Part shown: positions 1-18,280 of the stretch, in pieces
Position numbering within the stretch: position 1 is the stretch's first letter
How the letters are laid out: each line of letters starts with the position of its first letter
Assembly (NCBI RefSeq): GCF_009914755.1
Contig: NC_060932.1
DNA length: 64,000 nt
Strand: one strand, 5' to 3'
Source: the human T2T-CHM13v2.0 reference genome, Homo sapiens
Position numbers and translations under genes: made by a program
The notes under the pieces: model-generated
The model's database searches: none
What the model saw: the letters and a program-made list of their open reading frames with translations, nothing else
Told to the model about the DNA's origin: nothing

Positions 1-425
1 GATAGTCCACTCACAAGCACTTAAATTGTTAAATTATACAGAGTACCTATGTATAATTTTTTTTTTGGGTGGGGGTGGATGGAGTCTCCCTCTGTTGCCC
101 AGGCTAGTGTGCAGTGGTGTGATCTTGGCTCATTGCAACCTCTGCCTCCTGGGTTCAAGCAATTCTCCTGCCTCAGCCTCCCCGAGCAGCTGGGACTACA
201 GGTGTGCACCACCATGCCCAACTAATTTTTTCTGTATTTTTAGTAGAGACGAGGTTTCACCACGTTGGCAAGGCTGGTCTCAAACTCTTGACCTCATGTG
301 ACCTGCACACCTCGGCCTCCCAAAGTGCTGGGATTACAAGCATGAGCCACCGTGCTTGGCCTATAATTGTTAAATTATACAGATTACCTGCCAAAAATTT
401 GTCTAACTGTATTGCTGACTTGTAG

Positions 426-602
<177 letters not shown>

Positions 603-605
603 TAA

Positions 606-1015
<410 letters not shown>

Positions 1016-1116
1016 TGAATCCCCGTCTCTACTAAAAATACAGAAATTAGCCGGGTGTGGTGGCGTGCCTGTAATCCCAGCTACTCAAGGAGCGTGCCTG
1101 TAATCCCAGCTACTCA

Positions 1117-1275
<159 letters not shown>

Positions 1276-2393
1276 TTAAAAAACTAAAAACTTTACCATT
1301 GTAGCCTGTTGATTACAAGATTGTTGTATTTCTAAGAAATTACATTATAAAATAATTGGTTTAATGGGAAAAGAGATTAAATGGAGAGTTGCAGACCCTC
1401 ACTAAAGTTATTTACCCTGTGGAATTAAGGTGCTTTTATGTAAAAATCTGTAGCTATAAAATTCTGACATCACAGGCATTAGTGTTTGATTACATCGAGT
1501 TTTTGCTAAAGAGAAATTGCTTTTCTTTTCTGGATACTGCACACTGTCATTAGCACTTCATCACCCACTGTTATGTAAAACACAAAACCACTCAAAGTAG
1601 CTGCTATGGAAAGCCCAGCAGTTTTGAAATTGTTGTACATTTCTAATTATCCGCTCTGTTCGTTTTATAACCAGTGTAGTACAGGCGATGCAAATTCTGT
1701 ATCCCAGTTAACTAATCACTTTTATTAACTTCTAACTGAAAACTTATGCTATAACATAAAGCCGTGTAACTCCTTAAATCCGAGAACATCAGCATGAACT
1801 TTTTCTTCCTCAGTTTGATATCCTGGAGGATCTGATTCTTAGCTTTTCTAAATTACTGAACTCACCAGCAACCTGGAAAAATAAAATCCAGCTAGTGTTC
1901 ACTGACTTGGAAGATTTCTAAAATAAATTTGGAAACCTTCTGTCTAGGCTTTTGTTTTTGGTAGTATCTTGTCTTAATCTGTAAGACGAATTTTTTAATT
2001 TTCCAGGCATGTAGAATAGGTCATTCATTAAGCATTAAATCCTTCCCTTTTTCCTATTGTTCTGCTCACTTTTAGTTGAATGTTATACTCTAATATAGAT
2101 TTTTTAAGGGTCCGTTTTATTGAGATATAGTTCACTTACCATACAATTCCCCCATTCAAAGTATATAATTCAGTGTTTTTTAGTATATATACAGATCTGT
2201 ACAACCATCACCATAGTGAGTTTTAGAACATTTTCACTAATAGATTTATATAAATATTTCAGCCAAAGAAAATTATAAAAATGGAACCCAATATAAAATC
2301 CTTAAGTATTTTCCTAGCGCAGAAACTCCTGGCCGGGCGCGGTGGCTCACGTCTGTAATCCCAGCACTTTAGGAGGCTGAGGTGGGCGGATCA

Positions 2394-2731
<338 letters not shown>

Positions 2732-3090
2732 TCATTTGTAGAATGAGAAGCTGCTTGTTTGATGACACTTTGCACTTAGGGAAAATTGACAGGCGTGTGT
2801 TAAGTAGAGGAACTTATATATTTGATAAAATAATAGCACATTTTGTCTTGTCTCTCATTATACAATCTAGTAATGTTTCTTAATTTTTTGACACAATTTC
2901 ATGGTTGTTGAAAGATACTACCAGATGTAGTTTGAGATAAACTATCTGAATTTTTTTTCTATTTTTTTTGTGTTACCTTTTCTCCACAGTGGAGTGTTAA
3001 GAATTAGAGATGAATTTTTGTTTATTGTGTGTCCTTTCATGTCACCTTTACAACATGTGCAACTGATATTTTAGTTCATGGGTAAATTAA

Positions 3091-3665
<575 letters not shown>

Positions 3666-4415
3666 CTATTTTAAAAAAAAACAAACATTATTAACATACT
3701 TAAAACCTGACATCCTTCATGTTAGCTAACCTTTATAATCTCTTTGGATGTAGTAAATTTTTAGTATTTTTTAGATTGAATTTGTATCATATTTGCTAGC
3801 AAATTGAGTATAAAGAGTAGCATATTTTTACTACAGATGTATTATTTTAACTAACAAAGGCATATTATACATTTTTTTCATATATAAACTTTGGAATAGG
3901 ATTTTACAGTAACTTAAGTTTTTTATTTCTACCCATGTGTCAAAGTTTTATGCTAAATTCTGAATAGAATAGTTGTAACTCCCACTCTGGGTATTTTATT
4001 TATTTTAAACAGTTCTAGTATTGTTTCCTGTGAATTTTTTCCAGGGATTGCTACTTTCTGCACTATTCATTAGACCAAGAGCATTTCACCAAATACTTAA
4101 AACTTAAAAATTTTTAAACTTTTCCAAATTTGATTAAAAGGATAACATATTCTAAAGGTATTCAATATTTTTACTTATCTCTGAAAAACTTAATCACATA
4201 AAAGCATACATTTTACACATACAGCTCTCTCCATCTTCCACAATAGATTAAGACATAAAACATAACCAGTATTTTTGAAAAGCCCCCTTAACTGGCATGC
4301 TTCTTACTGAAATTATCATAAAAGGTTCGTATGAGAAAGGATTCCAGAATATCCCTTAATTGTGTTGTAGCTTATGCATTTCTATTTATTTTATACATTA
4401 TTTAATTCATGTGAG

Positions 4416-4617
4416 TTACTTACCTGGCAGGGAAGATATGATCACCAAGGTGCCTTTCACATTCATTGCACTCTGGATGTGCTGACCCCTGCAATTTCCC
4501 CAAATGGGGGAAGCTCAACTGCATAATTTGTGATAGGGGGACTGTGTGGCACTTTCCTCTGGTCTTCGTGGTTTAAGAACAGGTTTTCTCTGCTTATTTT
4601 TATTAAAAAAAAAAAAA
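4416..4617 (+). pseudogene. U1 snRNA retrocopy with 3' extension and A tail (FNTA intron 5)
   Basis: TACTTACCTGGCAGGG 5' end, CATTGCACTC loop, Sm site AATTTGTG, 3' end at ~4561; internal deletions; A13 at 4605-4617; flanking direct repeat ATGTGAGT (4409-4416, 4620-4627). Confidence 0.93.
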
Positions 4618-4627
4618 TTATGTGAGT

Positions 4628-4824
4628 CAGTGGTTCTCAAGCAGCAGTGATTGTGCCCCCTAGGGGACATTTTTGGTTGTCAGAACTTGGGGCATGTTGC
4701 TATTGGCATCTATTGGGTAGAGGGCCAGGATGCTGCTAAACATCCCAAAATGCACAGGACAGTCCCCCACAACAAAGAATTATCCAGCCCATACTTTCAG
4801 TAGTGTCAAAGCCAAGGAACTGTG
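4628..4824 (+). mobile_element. MER20 (hAT-Charlie) DNA transposon
   Basis: Starts CAGTGGTTCTCAA; contains GGATGCTGCTAAACATCC and CCCCCACAACAAAGAATTATCC as in the recalled MER20 consensus. Confidence 0.85.
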
Positions 4825-5489
4825 GTCTATTTCTATATGGAAAACTATTTTATTAATATTTCAGTTATTTTCAATGAGGATTTAATGAATTCAGCATACT
4901 CTTTGATGACCTAAAATGGGACTATGAGATCTCTAAAAAATATTTCATGACATATATATTAAAAACGTGGTAAAATTTTAGTTTTAAACGTTAGTTTTAA
5001 ACATGAATTATAAACATTCATGGCCTGTATGTCATTGGCATTGACTGTACTAGAGCTTCTTAAATGAAGGAGTAGAGGACCCTTCTTTGTCCCCAACCGA
5101 TCACAGATTGGATGTATTTTACTGTATTTCATGTATATCTCATTTATATAAAATACACTAAAAATCAATTACTTTAAAAATGAGTCTGGGTACAGTGGCT
5201 CACGCCTGTAATCCCAACACTTTGGGAGGCCCAGGCAAGTGGATCCCGTGAGGCCAGGAGTTCACGACTAGCCTGGCAACATGGCAAAACCCCGTCTCTA
5301 CAAAAAATACAAAAAAATGAGACGAGCGTAGTGGCGCATGCTTGTGTTCGCAGCTACTCAGGAGGCTGAGGCAGGAGAATCACTTGAGCCCAAGAGGTGG
5401 AGGCTGTGGTGAGCTATGCTCACGCCACCACAGTCCATCCTGGGCAACAAAATGAGACCCTGTCTCAAAAGAAAAAAAATTAAAAGTGA

Positions 5490-6030
5490 AATACACACAC
5501 ACACACACACTACTACTCACCAGTCAAAAGAAATGAATGATCCATACCGGCAACAACTTGGATGGATCTCAAGGGTATGATCCTTAGTGGAAGGGGAAGT
5601 CTCAGGTTTCATACTGTATGGCTCCATTGAGATAATATCCTTGAAACAGCAAAATTATAGACGTAGAGAACAGATCAGAGGTTGCCAGGGTGAGGGAAAA
5701 GGGGGTACAGCTATAAAGGGGTAGCATGAGGTAGTTTCTGTGTGCTGAGGGAATAGTTCTCCATCTTGATTGTGGTAGTTATACTATACATGGGATTAAA
5801 TTGTGTAGAATTATATTCTACCCCCACTCCTCCACCTGTCCCACATACCCACAAGTGAGTACATGTAAGATCTGAATAAGGTGAGCGGTTCCATTAACAA
5901 TAATGTACAGATGTCATTTTCTGGTTTTGGGATTGCACTTTAGTAAGATGTTTACCATTTGGGGAATCTAAGTGAAGGGTACACAGGGCACTGTGTTATT
6001 TTTATAACTTCCATGAGTCTGAAAACAAAT
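5490..6030 (+). mobile_element. Old L1M (MC/MD-like) 3' end fragment, with (CA)n at ~5493-5510
   Basis: GGATGGATCTCAAGGG, GAGAACAGATCAGAGGTTGCCAGGG and GATGTTTACCATTTGGGGAA are typical L1M 3' UTR motifs. Confidence 0.6.
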
Positions 6031-6875
6031 AGAAACATATGTATAGAAAACACTACTCTTTGTTTTTCATTATTAGACTCTACAGACATTAAATTGTTAC
6101 ATTGATACAAAAGCTTGTAGGTGTTTACTCTCTATCCTTAGCATGCTGGAGACTGAGAACAGTGGGAGGACACCAATCAGTGCCCACACTAGGCACTAGT
6201 TCCTGAACTCCACTAGGAACTTTCACAAAAATGTTACTTTCCTTAATGCGTTTATTTTTATGATCACCTGTAAAATCGGGGACTATCATAGGAGATTCTT
6301 TTTTGCTGTTACCAAATAAGAAAACTCCATTATCTTTTTTATAATGTCCCCTACTTTCAAATTATTTATAAGTTTTTTTTATCATTTTCCTCTTTTAAAT
6401 TATCTTTATTGGTTCTCTTCCCCCATTTTTTTTTATTAAGAGAGCTTTATAATATAAAAAATTTATATTGCCTGGGTGTGGTGGCTCATGCCTGTAATCC
6501 CAGCACTTTGGGAGGCCGAGGTGGGCAGATTACTTGAGTTCAGGAGTTCAAGACCAGCCTGGCCAACATGGTAAAACCCGGTCTCTACGAAAACTACAAA
6601 AATTAGCCGGTTATGTTGGCTCACACCTGTAGTCCCAGCTACTTGAGGAGCTGAGGCAAGAATATCGCTTGAGTCCGGGAGTTGGAGGTTACAGCGAGCT
6701 GAGACTATGCCACTGCACTGCAGCCTGGGCGACCAAGTGAGACGCTGTCTCAATAAAAATAATAGAAATTTATATCTTTGTCCAATTGTGTATATTTCTT
6801 TTCTTTTTCTTTTTCTTTTTTTTTTTTGGGACAGGGTCTGTTTCTGTCGCCCAGAGTGCAGTGGTGCAGTCATAG

Positions 6876-7349
<474 letters not shown>

Positions 7350-7572
7350 TGACCTTTCTGCCTCAGCCTCCTGAAGCAGTGGGATTGCCCATGAGAGCCA
7401 CCACTATTGACCATGTATGCTTCTCTCCATGTATTTTAATGTAATTTTATCATATGTGCACTTTTGAATGCTACCCTTTTACTTAATTTTCATTTTTGAA
7501 TGCTGCCCTTTTACTTTGATATATTAATATCGGCCAGGTACGGTGGCTTACGCCTGTAATCCCAGCACTTTA

Positions 7573-7844
<272 letters not shown>

Positions 7845-8151
7845 TCACATCAAATTTATATCTATACTGTGGTCACTCCTTCTCTTACTAGTGAGTTTGG
7901 GGTTTTTTTCCCTCAAAATTTTCTTGGATGTCTTTTTTCCTGCTTTCTGTATGTGTCTTTCCAGGCTCTATCATCAATTTCATACTTGTATCCCCCTCTA
8001 TTTCCTTTACTTGCAGCTATCACTACCTTCTGAATTTGTGATAAATCCTGTGTCCTCAGTTCTACCTTCTTTGTTGTAGTTTTAATTTATTTTTTATTCA
8101 TAAATAATGGGACATTTCTAATTGGATGATTTTTCTAAATTTTTCCTTTAG

Positions 8152-8433
<282 letters not shown>

Positions 8434-8619
8434 TAGGATGATAGATTTACAAATAATGTAGCATACTTCTACTTCATTGTATCTTAAGTTTCTTGAAATA
8501 TTGCTACTGGAGATTGGAAAGAAATCTTAATGTTATGGGGTATTGTCTAAGAAGCTTTATTTTAAAACCATCTCATTAAATTTTGTTGCATTTTAGATAA
8601 TCGTCCCCAGATGCCATGT

Positions 8620-8781
8620 TACCCTAGTGCAGAGTTTGGGGCTGGATAAGTTTTTGTTGTAGGTGGCTATCCTGTGTTTTGTAGGGTATTTAGCAGCATC
8701 CTGGCCTTAAAACAAAAATGTTTTCAGACATTGCCAAATGTCCCCCGAGCGGTAAAGTCACCCCCAAGTTGAGAACCGCTC
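8620..8781 (-). mobile_element. MER20 fragment
   Basis: TTAGCAGCATCCTGGCC, CAGACATTGCCAAATGTCCCC and TTGAGAACCGCT are reverse complements of MER20 motifs. Confidence 0.75.
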
Positions 8782-9229
8782 TATACAAAGAGCTGTTATT
8801 AGAGCTAGACATTTCTGAATTGGCATCAATTTCTATATTGTATCCATAAACATTAGTAGCCACGATTTTTGTGACCTTATTTGTCCATTGTGTCTGAGTG
8901 TCTGTTTTACAATTTGAACAGGCTTGTTGTTTTCAGAGCCTGATGAGATGGGAGTCATAATTTTAGTGTAAATGTGTTTGAACAACTGTTGAGTGGAGCT
9001 GATTTGTATAGTGCATCTCCTCTCTTCCAAGCTCTTGATTTTGCCTGGATCGAGGCAGCTTGCTCTTCTTTTATCTGCTCTATACAGGATTCTGGTGACT
9101 TAAAATTTATAAAAGGCTTTAATCCATGTCTCACCTTAACACTCTGCTCTGGGCTTTTGTCTGGAGCGTGCACTACCCCTCAAGCACACTTCATGCTTTT
9201 TTTCTAGTGCTCTCCTATATAAAGCTGTA

Positions 9230-11533
9230 CAGGCATACCTGGTTTTTTGAGCCTTGTATATATTATGTTTTTTTTGTTTGTTTGTTTTTTGTTTTTTTTA
9301 ACAAGTTGAAGCATCTTGAGCAATCTTGAGTTGAGCATGTCTTCATTGCCATTCTTTCTAACAGCATGTGCTCACTTGTGTCTCCGTGTCACATTTTGGT
9401 ACTCCTCAGTATTTCACATTTTTTCATAATCATTATATCTGTTCCAGTGATTTGTGATCAGTCATCTTTGATCAGTCATCTATTGTAATTGTTTGGGGGT
9501 GCCACTAACTGCACCCATATAAAACAGAGAATATCACTGTTGCATGTGTTCCACCATCTCTCTCCCTCACCTCAGGCCTCCCTATTCCCTGAGACACAAC
9601 AATATTGAAATTAAGCCAATTAACCCTACAGTGTCCTCTGAGTGTTCAAGTGAAAGGAAGAGTCACAGCCTCTCACTTTAAATCAAAAGCCAGAAGTGAT
9701 TAAGCTTAGTGAGGAACACATATCAAAAGCTGAGATAGGTCCAAAGCTAGGCCTCTTGCACCAAACACCAAACTCATAAGAAAGAGTTCTTGAAGGAAAT
9801 TAAAAGTGCTGCTCCAGTGAACACCTGGACAAAACAGCATTATTGCTGGTATAGAGAAAGTTTGAGTGGCCTGGATAAAAGATAAAACCAGCCACAACAT
9901 TCCCTTAAGCCAAAGCCTAATCCAGAGGAAGCCCTAATTCTCTTTAATTTGATGAAGGCTGAGAGAAGTGAGGAAGCTGCAGAAGAAAACTTGGATGCTA
10001 GCAGAGGTTGGTTCATGAGGTATAAGAAAGAAGCCATCTCCATAGCATGGAAGTGCAAGGTGAAGCAGCAAGTGCTGCTGGAGAAGCTGCAGTGAGTTTT
10101 CCAGATCCCGCTCAGATCACTAATGAAGGTGGCTGCATGTAAACAGAAGATTTTCAGTGTAGATGAAACAGCCTTCTATTGGAAGAAGATGCCATCTAAG
10201 ACTTTTCATAGCTAGAGAGAAGGCACTGCTTCAAAGCTTCACACAGCTGGCTGAATCTTGTTAGGGCCCAATGCAGCTGGTGACTTGAAGTTGAAACCAG
10301 TGTTCGGTGATGATTCTGGAAATCTTAGGGCCCTTAAGAATTATGCTGAATCTCCTCTGCCTGTGCTCTATAAATGGAACAACAAAGCCTGGATGACAGC
10401 ACATCTGTTTACAGCATGGTTTACTGAATATTTTAAGCCCTCTTTGAGGTCTGTTCAGAAAAATTTCTTGGAAAATATGATTGTTCATGGACAACGGACC
10501 TCATCACCCAAGAGCTCTAATGGAGATGTGCAAGGAGATGCTGTTTTCATGCCTGCGAACACAACATCCATTCTGCAGCCCATGGATAAAGGAGTCATTT
10601 TGATTTTAAAGTCTCACTATTTAAGAAATAAATTTTGTAAGGCTATGAGCTACCATAGATAGTGATTCCTCCAATGAATCTGCAGAGTCAATTGAAAACC
10701 TTCTGGGAAGAATTTACCATTCTAGGTGCTATTAGGAATATTCGTGATTCATAGGAGGAGGTCAGAATACCAACATTAACAGGAGTTTGGAAGAAGTTGA
10801 TTCCAGCCCTCATGGATGACTTTGAGGGGTTCAAGACTTTAGAGGAAGAAGGAACTGCTGCTGTGGTGGAAACAGCAAGGAAACTAGAATTAGAAGTGGA
10901 GCCTGAAGATGTGACCGAACTGCTGCATCAAGACAATACTTGATCAGATGAGGAGTCGCTTCTTATGGATGAGCAAAAGAAGTGGTTTCTCAAGATGGAA
11001 TCTAATCCTGGCAACGACGTTGTGAAATGACATTGTTGAAATGACAACAAAGGATTTTAAATATTGTAAATATTACCTGAACTTAGTTGATAAAGCAGCA
11101 GGATATATGAGAGGATTGACTCCAGTTTTGAAAAGTTTTACTGTGAGTAAAATGCTATCAGACAGCATCACATGCTACAGAGAAATCTTTTATTGTTGTC
11201 TTATTTTAAGAAATTGCCACAGCCATCTCATCCTTCAGCACCCAGCACCCTACCCTGATCAGTCAGCAGCCATCAACATGGAGGCCAGACCCTCCACCAG
11301 CAGAAAGATTACGACTTGCTGAAGGCTCAGATGATCATTAGCATTTTTTAGCAATAAAGTATTTTTTAATTGAGGTATGTACATTGTTTTTTTAGATATG
11401 ATGCTATTGCATACTAGACTACAATATAGTGTAAACATAATTTATATGTGCTGGGAAAAAGAAAAGTCGTGTGACTTGCTTAATTGTGATAAAATTGCTT
11501 TACTGAACCTTCCATATCTGCAAGGTATTCCTG
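9230..11533 (+). mobile_element. Near full-length Tigger1 (pogo-like) DNA transposon with decayed transposase
   Basis: TIRs CAGGCATACCT ... AGGTATTCCTG flanked by TA; ORF 10258-10662 (NAAGDLKLKP, NNKAWMTAHLF, PANTTSILQPMDKGVI) is a pogo/CENP-B DDE fragment; many stops and frameshifts. Confidence 0.93.
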
Positions 11534-11735
11534 TATTGTTCAGTATGGTAGCTACTAGCCACATATGGCTATTTAAGTTTCAATCGGTATGATTATAAAA
11601 AATTAAAAATACAATTATTTCATTGCACATGTCCTATTTTGGGCGTTCAGTACGTACATGTGGCTAGTGACTACCATATTGGACAGCACATACAAAACAT
11701 TTGCATCATCACTGGCAGTTTTATTGAACATTATT
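11534..11735. mobile_element. MER33/MER3-type hAT MITE; short left piece at ~9203-9229
   Basis: ATGGTAGCTACTAGCCACATATGGCTATTT ... ACATGTGGCTAGTGACTACCATATTGGACAGCA internal palindromic arms. Confidence 0.75.
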
Positions 11736-13761
11736 CGTCTAAAGATTGACAGTAGTTAGCGGTAACAAAGCATTTTAAAAATTGAATATGAAGAGTTTTC
11801 AAAATGCAAACGTTTAGCCTTTTCAGAGGCAGATCACTGGCTTCCTGTTGCCAAATAGAAACAGAAATAATTACCCAAGAATCTAAAAGAGCTTCCTATA
11901 CTTAGGATTTATTTTCCTTTTAAGATGGGTAAAAGAAGTATTTAAAATGTGAAGAGTAGCTGTAGGTATCTAGAATTTACAGTTTGTTAAATTTTTTTTA
12001 ACTCTAAGCATACACAGATAGATGTACATAATTATTTTTGTCATTTTTTTCTTTTTATTATAAAAGTAATGCAATGTAGTTATGGGGGGGGAAATTGTAC
12101 TAAATTCTATAAAGTAAAAAGTCAAAGTCTTTTACTGTTCTTCATCCCACATCCCATTTTCCAGAGTGAGCTATAATTGGGTGAATTTTTCCAAACTTTA
12201 TAAATACACTTGCAAACATTTATACACAGCAACCTAGATAATAATGTTACAGGCATTGCCTTTTCAGTTAATGTGTCATGGCCCTTTTTCTAGACTATGA
12301 GTGCATAGTCTTCTAGTACTACCAATAACAGCATTTATCAAGCATTTACTATATGCCACTAATTCTAACAGCTCTGTGAGACACTTCATGAAGAACTTGA
12401 GGTTCCAGGTAATTCTGTAATTTGCCCAAGAGCACATAATTTATGGGACCAGGATTTGAAGCGAGGCAGCCTGACCTCAAAGTTCATCGGTCTTTTTGTT
12501 TGTTTGTTTTCCTAAGAGACAGGGTTTCACTCTGTCACCCAGGCTGGAGTGCAGTGACGGATCATAGCTCACTGCTGCCTTGAGCTCCTGAGCTGAAGGA
12601 ATCCTCCCACCTCAGCCTGCGAGTAGCTGGGACTACAGGCATGTGCCACTGCATCCAGCTAATTGTTAAGATTTTTTGTAGCGATGAGGTCTCACTATGT
12701 TGCCCAGACTGGTCTTGATCTCCTGGCCTCAAGCAGTCTTCCCGCTTTGATCTCTGAAAGTGCTGGGATTACAGATGTGAGCCACCATGCCCAGCTAAAG
12801 TTCATGTTTTAACCATAAAAATAGGTAATGCTTTAGTACACATGTATGTAAATAAAAATTTAGATATTGCCAAAATGAAATTAAGAATCTTAAACAAGGA
12901 CCAGCTAAGACCTGCGGGGACATGGTTTCGCAAATAATTGGAAACATTAAGTCATGTAAAAGTAGTTGGAAAAGTATTTTTATAATGTTGAATGAGTTTA
13001 TTATTACTCTGTGGAAAAAAAAAAATTATAGTAACAGCACTGCAGCAGAACCAAGACTACCAAGCTTTAGTCAGTGACTTACTCATCTGAGCAATTATGT
13101 GGTAAAGCAAGTTCTGTGGCTTCCTTGGGATTTGTGATAATTGAGTCTGAATTATATTTAATCTGTTTAAGGGGAAGATAAAGGTATGGAGCACCCATTT
13201 TGACAGGGAATCACATCACAGTTTACTAGTCATCTTGCTTTGGAATATAAGAAATACATTCTTGTGTTGATTTTTCATTTTTATTCTTTGCCTATGTAAT
13301 TTCCATGCCATTTTTTAATGATAGCTAAAGATTATGTAAATTCTCCTATTTCAGTGACTAGGGATTTGTTGGGACGTAAGTAGAGCTTAGACTGTTTTCC
13401 CAAGGTTGCTTTACCAATAAATGGAAAGTTTCCTTCTTTTAGCTGATGTTTCCTTCAAAAGGAAAATCTTCCATATTATTTAAAGGAAATATTTTATGTT
13501 CCTTTTTTTCCTATTGTGAATTGAAGCTTTTAGATTAGTTTTGTGTCCTTCCCTAGAACTGAATTGACAGCTGCAGCCTTAAGGGATTCTCGTGATTTAA
13601 ATATGACTGAGAGAGGTGCCACAGTACACTAAGAAACGCTGACACAAGTGAAAGTGTGTTTACAAAGCTGTGCCACAGTCTTAGTAAAACTGTGTCTTGG
13701 CCGGGCGCAGTGGCTCATGCCTATAATCCCAGCACTTTGGGAGGCCGAGGCAGGCGGATCA

Positions 13762-14114
<353 letters not shown>

Positions 14115-15144
14115 TAAGAGGTTGTTTTTGCTTTTTTTATATATAAAAAAGAAGTGGCTATATGATGCATCATGGAGTGTATTCCATAATCAGATTCCAA
14201 AAGGATAGTAAATAATTTTTCATTTTTCTGAACCTAAGAGCAGAAGTATAACAGCATTATGGAAACTCTCTGGGAGTTTGCCCTTCTATGCACCTCCCAA
14301 GTACCTACCAACACTGTTTTCAGAATAATCCACCAGTAAATAATGCCATTTTAATTGTATTTAAGAATCCTGTAGTCTTTATATCAAAGAATGGAACACA
14401 CACACCCCCAGGCTCTAGTTGGCTCAGGAACACAGTAAAGCGGGGTAGTTTACAGGTAGATTTTGCCAGTGGGCAGCCAACCTTTCTGTTTTCATTTCTA
14501 GAGATCTCCGCCTTCAGGTTAACCTACTCCTCAACTAGAAAAGGTTTCACTTGCCTGGCCACTGACGTAACTAAGCTCCTTGTTGAACATAAGAGGTCTT
14601 CAAGGAAACTAGGCTCAAAGAGCACAAAGTATGGAACCAGTTACCCTTGGAGATGTGTCAGGGGAGGTGCCTGTAGTATTTGGAGAGCTCGAGGGATGAG
14701 AAGCCATCTCAAGAGAAGACGAGGGCTGGGCATGTTAGCTCATGCCTGCAATCCCAGCACTTTGGGAGGCCAAGATGGGCGGATTACTTGAGGCTAGGAG
14801 GTCGAGACCAGCCTGGCCAACATGGCAAAACCCCGTCTCTACTAAAAATATACAAATTAGCTGAGCATGTTGGTGCACACCTGTAATCCCAGCTACTTGG
14901 GAGGCTGAAGCACGAGAGTTGCTTGAACCTGGAGGTGGAGGTCAGAGTGAGCCAAGATCACACCACTGTGCCCCAGCCTGGGCGACAAGAGACCCTGTCT
15001 CAAAGAAAAAAAAAAAAGAAGAACATCTCTCCTGGTTTTGTCCTTCACTTTTTAAGATGATTTATTTTGTGTGTTGTACAGTTTAAGTTATAAATGAACA
15101 CTTTTAAACTTCATTTTTAAAAACTTTTTCTACTTAGCTTGTAA

Positions 15145-15315
<171 letters not shown>

Positions 15316-15535
15316 TGATTTTTAAAAAAATTTTAGTAGAGACGAGATCTTGCTATTTTACCCAGGCTGGTCTTGAACTCCTGGGTTCAAGTGTTCCTCC
15401 TGCCTCTGTTTCCCAGAGTGTTTCCCAGGCATGAGCCACTGCACCTGGCCAGCTCTTAATTAACTAATGATCTATGATAAGACTCATGTAATTTAAAAGT
15501 TTCATTATAGTTTCAGCGTCATTCATTCAAAATAA

Positions 15536-15859
<324 letters not shown>

Positions 15860-16008
15860 TGATCTGCCCAATACCACTAATATCCATGTCCCCTTTCAAC
15901 ATCGTTCCTCAGAATTCAGTGCAGGGCTATTTCTGGTTAGGGGCAGCATTGACATCACTTGGCAACACAGCCGGTGACTCTTAATAGTGTGTCTTCATTT
16001 GAATGTGA

Positions 16009-16215
<207 letters not shown>

Positions 16216-16692
16216 CACCATCCAGAAGAACTTGATGGAATGCTTTTATTTTTTATTAAGGGACCCTGCAGGAGTTTCACACGAGAGTGGTCCTTCCCTT
16301 TGCCTGTGGTGTAAAAGTGCATCACACAGGTATTGCTTTTTAACAAGAACTGATGCTCCTTGGGTGCTGCTGCTACTCAGACTAGCTCTAAGTAATGTGA
16401 TTCTTCTAAAGCAAAGTCATTGGATGGGAGGAGGAAGAAAAAGTCCCATAAAGGAACTTTTGTAGTCTTATCAACATATAATCTAATCCCTTAGCATCAG
16501 CTCCTCCCTCAGTGGTACATGCGTCAAGATTTGTAGCAGTAATAACTGCAGGTCACTTGTATGTAATGGATGTGAGGTAGCCGAAGTTTGGTTCAGTAAG
16601 CAGGGAATACAGTCGTTCCATCAGAGCTGGTCTGCACACTCACATTATCTTGCTATCACTGTAACCAACTAATGCCAAAAGAACGGTTTTGT

Positions 16693-16698
16693 AATAAA
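16693..16698 (+). terminator. FNTA: FNTA polyadenylation signal AATAAA
   Basis: Canonical hexamer ~480 bp after the stop, preceded by TGTA, with T-rich sequence downstream. Confidence 0.8.
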
Positions 16699-17316
16699 AT
16701 TATAGCTGTATCTAAAAACAATGCCATAGAAGTTTGATTTTTTAATAGCATTGAACTATATATTATACAAGACACATTGTCTCAGCTTAGAAAAGCATTT
16801 GAGAAAGAAAATATTGCTATAAAACTGTAAACTAGAAACATGATGTGTTGGAGGAAATGTTAAAATGTAAATTGGTCAGTTCTTGACTGAAAGTGACAAA
16901 ATCCACTCAAGGTAGTTTAAACCCAAAGGGTTTATTCAGGTTTATAAATATCTCACAGAAGAATTGCCTGATCTTTTAGAAAGACATTCCCAAACCATGC
17001 TACACAACTGGACCGTCCCGTTGCTGCTGCCTGTGCCAGAATCAGGAAACTGCTGGATGAGGAGTGAGGAAGCCACGATCCTGGCTGCCAGCTCCAGGAC
17101 TGTGCTGTGTCTGCACGTTCCACGCAAAGCACATCTGCTGCTTTTCCCATGTAGTGTGGTTCCAAATTAAAGGCTCACTGCAGTGCATCTGATTGGAAGG
17201 AACCAACAGGATGTCTTAAAAGCTTAACTGCAGAGGAATCTGGGAAGTGTAGTTTGTAGCTTTCTAGCCTTTTATGATGCAGGACGCCATGCCAGGAAGG
17301 AGTTGGGAGTGGTTAG

Positions 17317-17772
<456 letters not shown>

Positions 17773-18037
17773 TAATATTTTAATACTTTTTGAAGAAAAT
17801 ATATGTAGTGTTATTTCTAACATTTTACATGTTTTTGTTATTTTTAGAATCCAAAAATTTCCAGTTTTATTTTTGAAGCTGCCATAAAGTGCCATTTCCA
17901 TGTAGACCATTTCAAAGGTGTCATAAGGATCAAAAGCTACATAGAAAAGTTCTCATAAGATAGCAATTACTCTCTGCCGGGCACGATGGCTCACGCTTGT
18001 AATCCCAGCACTTTGGGAGGCCGAGGCGGGCAGATCA

Positions 18038-18280
<243 letters not shown>

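Noticed and set aside
10258-10662. Transposase-like ORF as a domesticated TIGD gene
   Set aside because: TTG-started fragment of a decayed Tigger1 surrounded by stops and frameshifts
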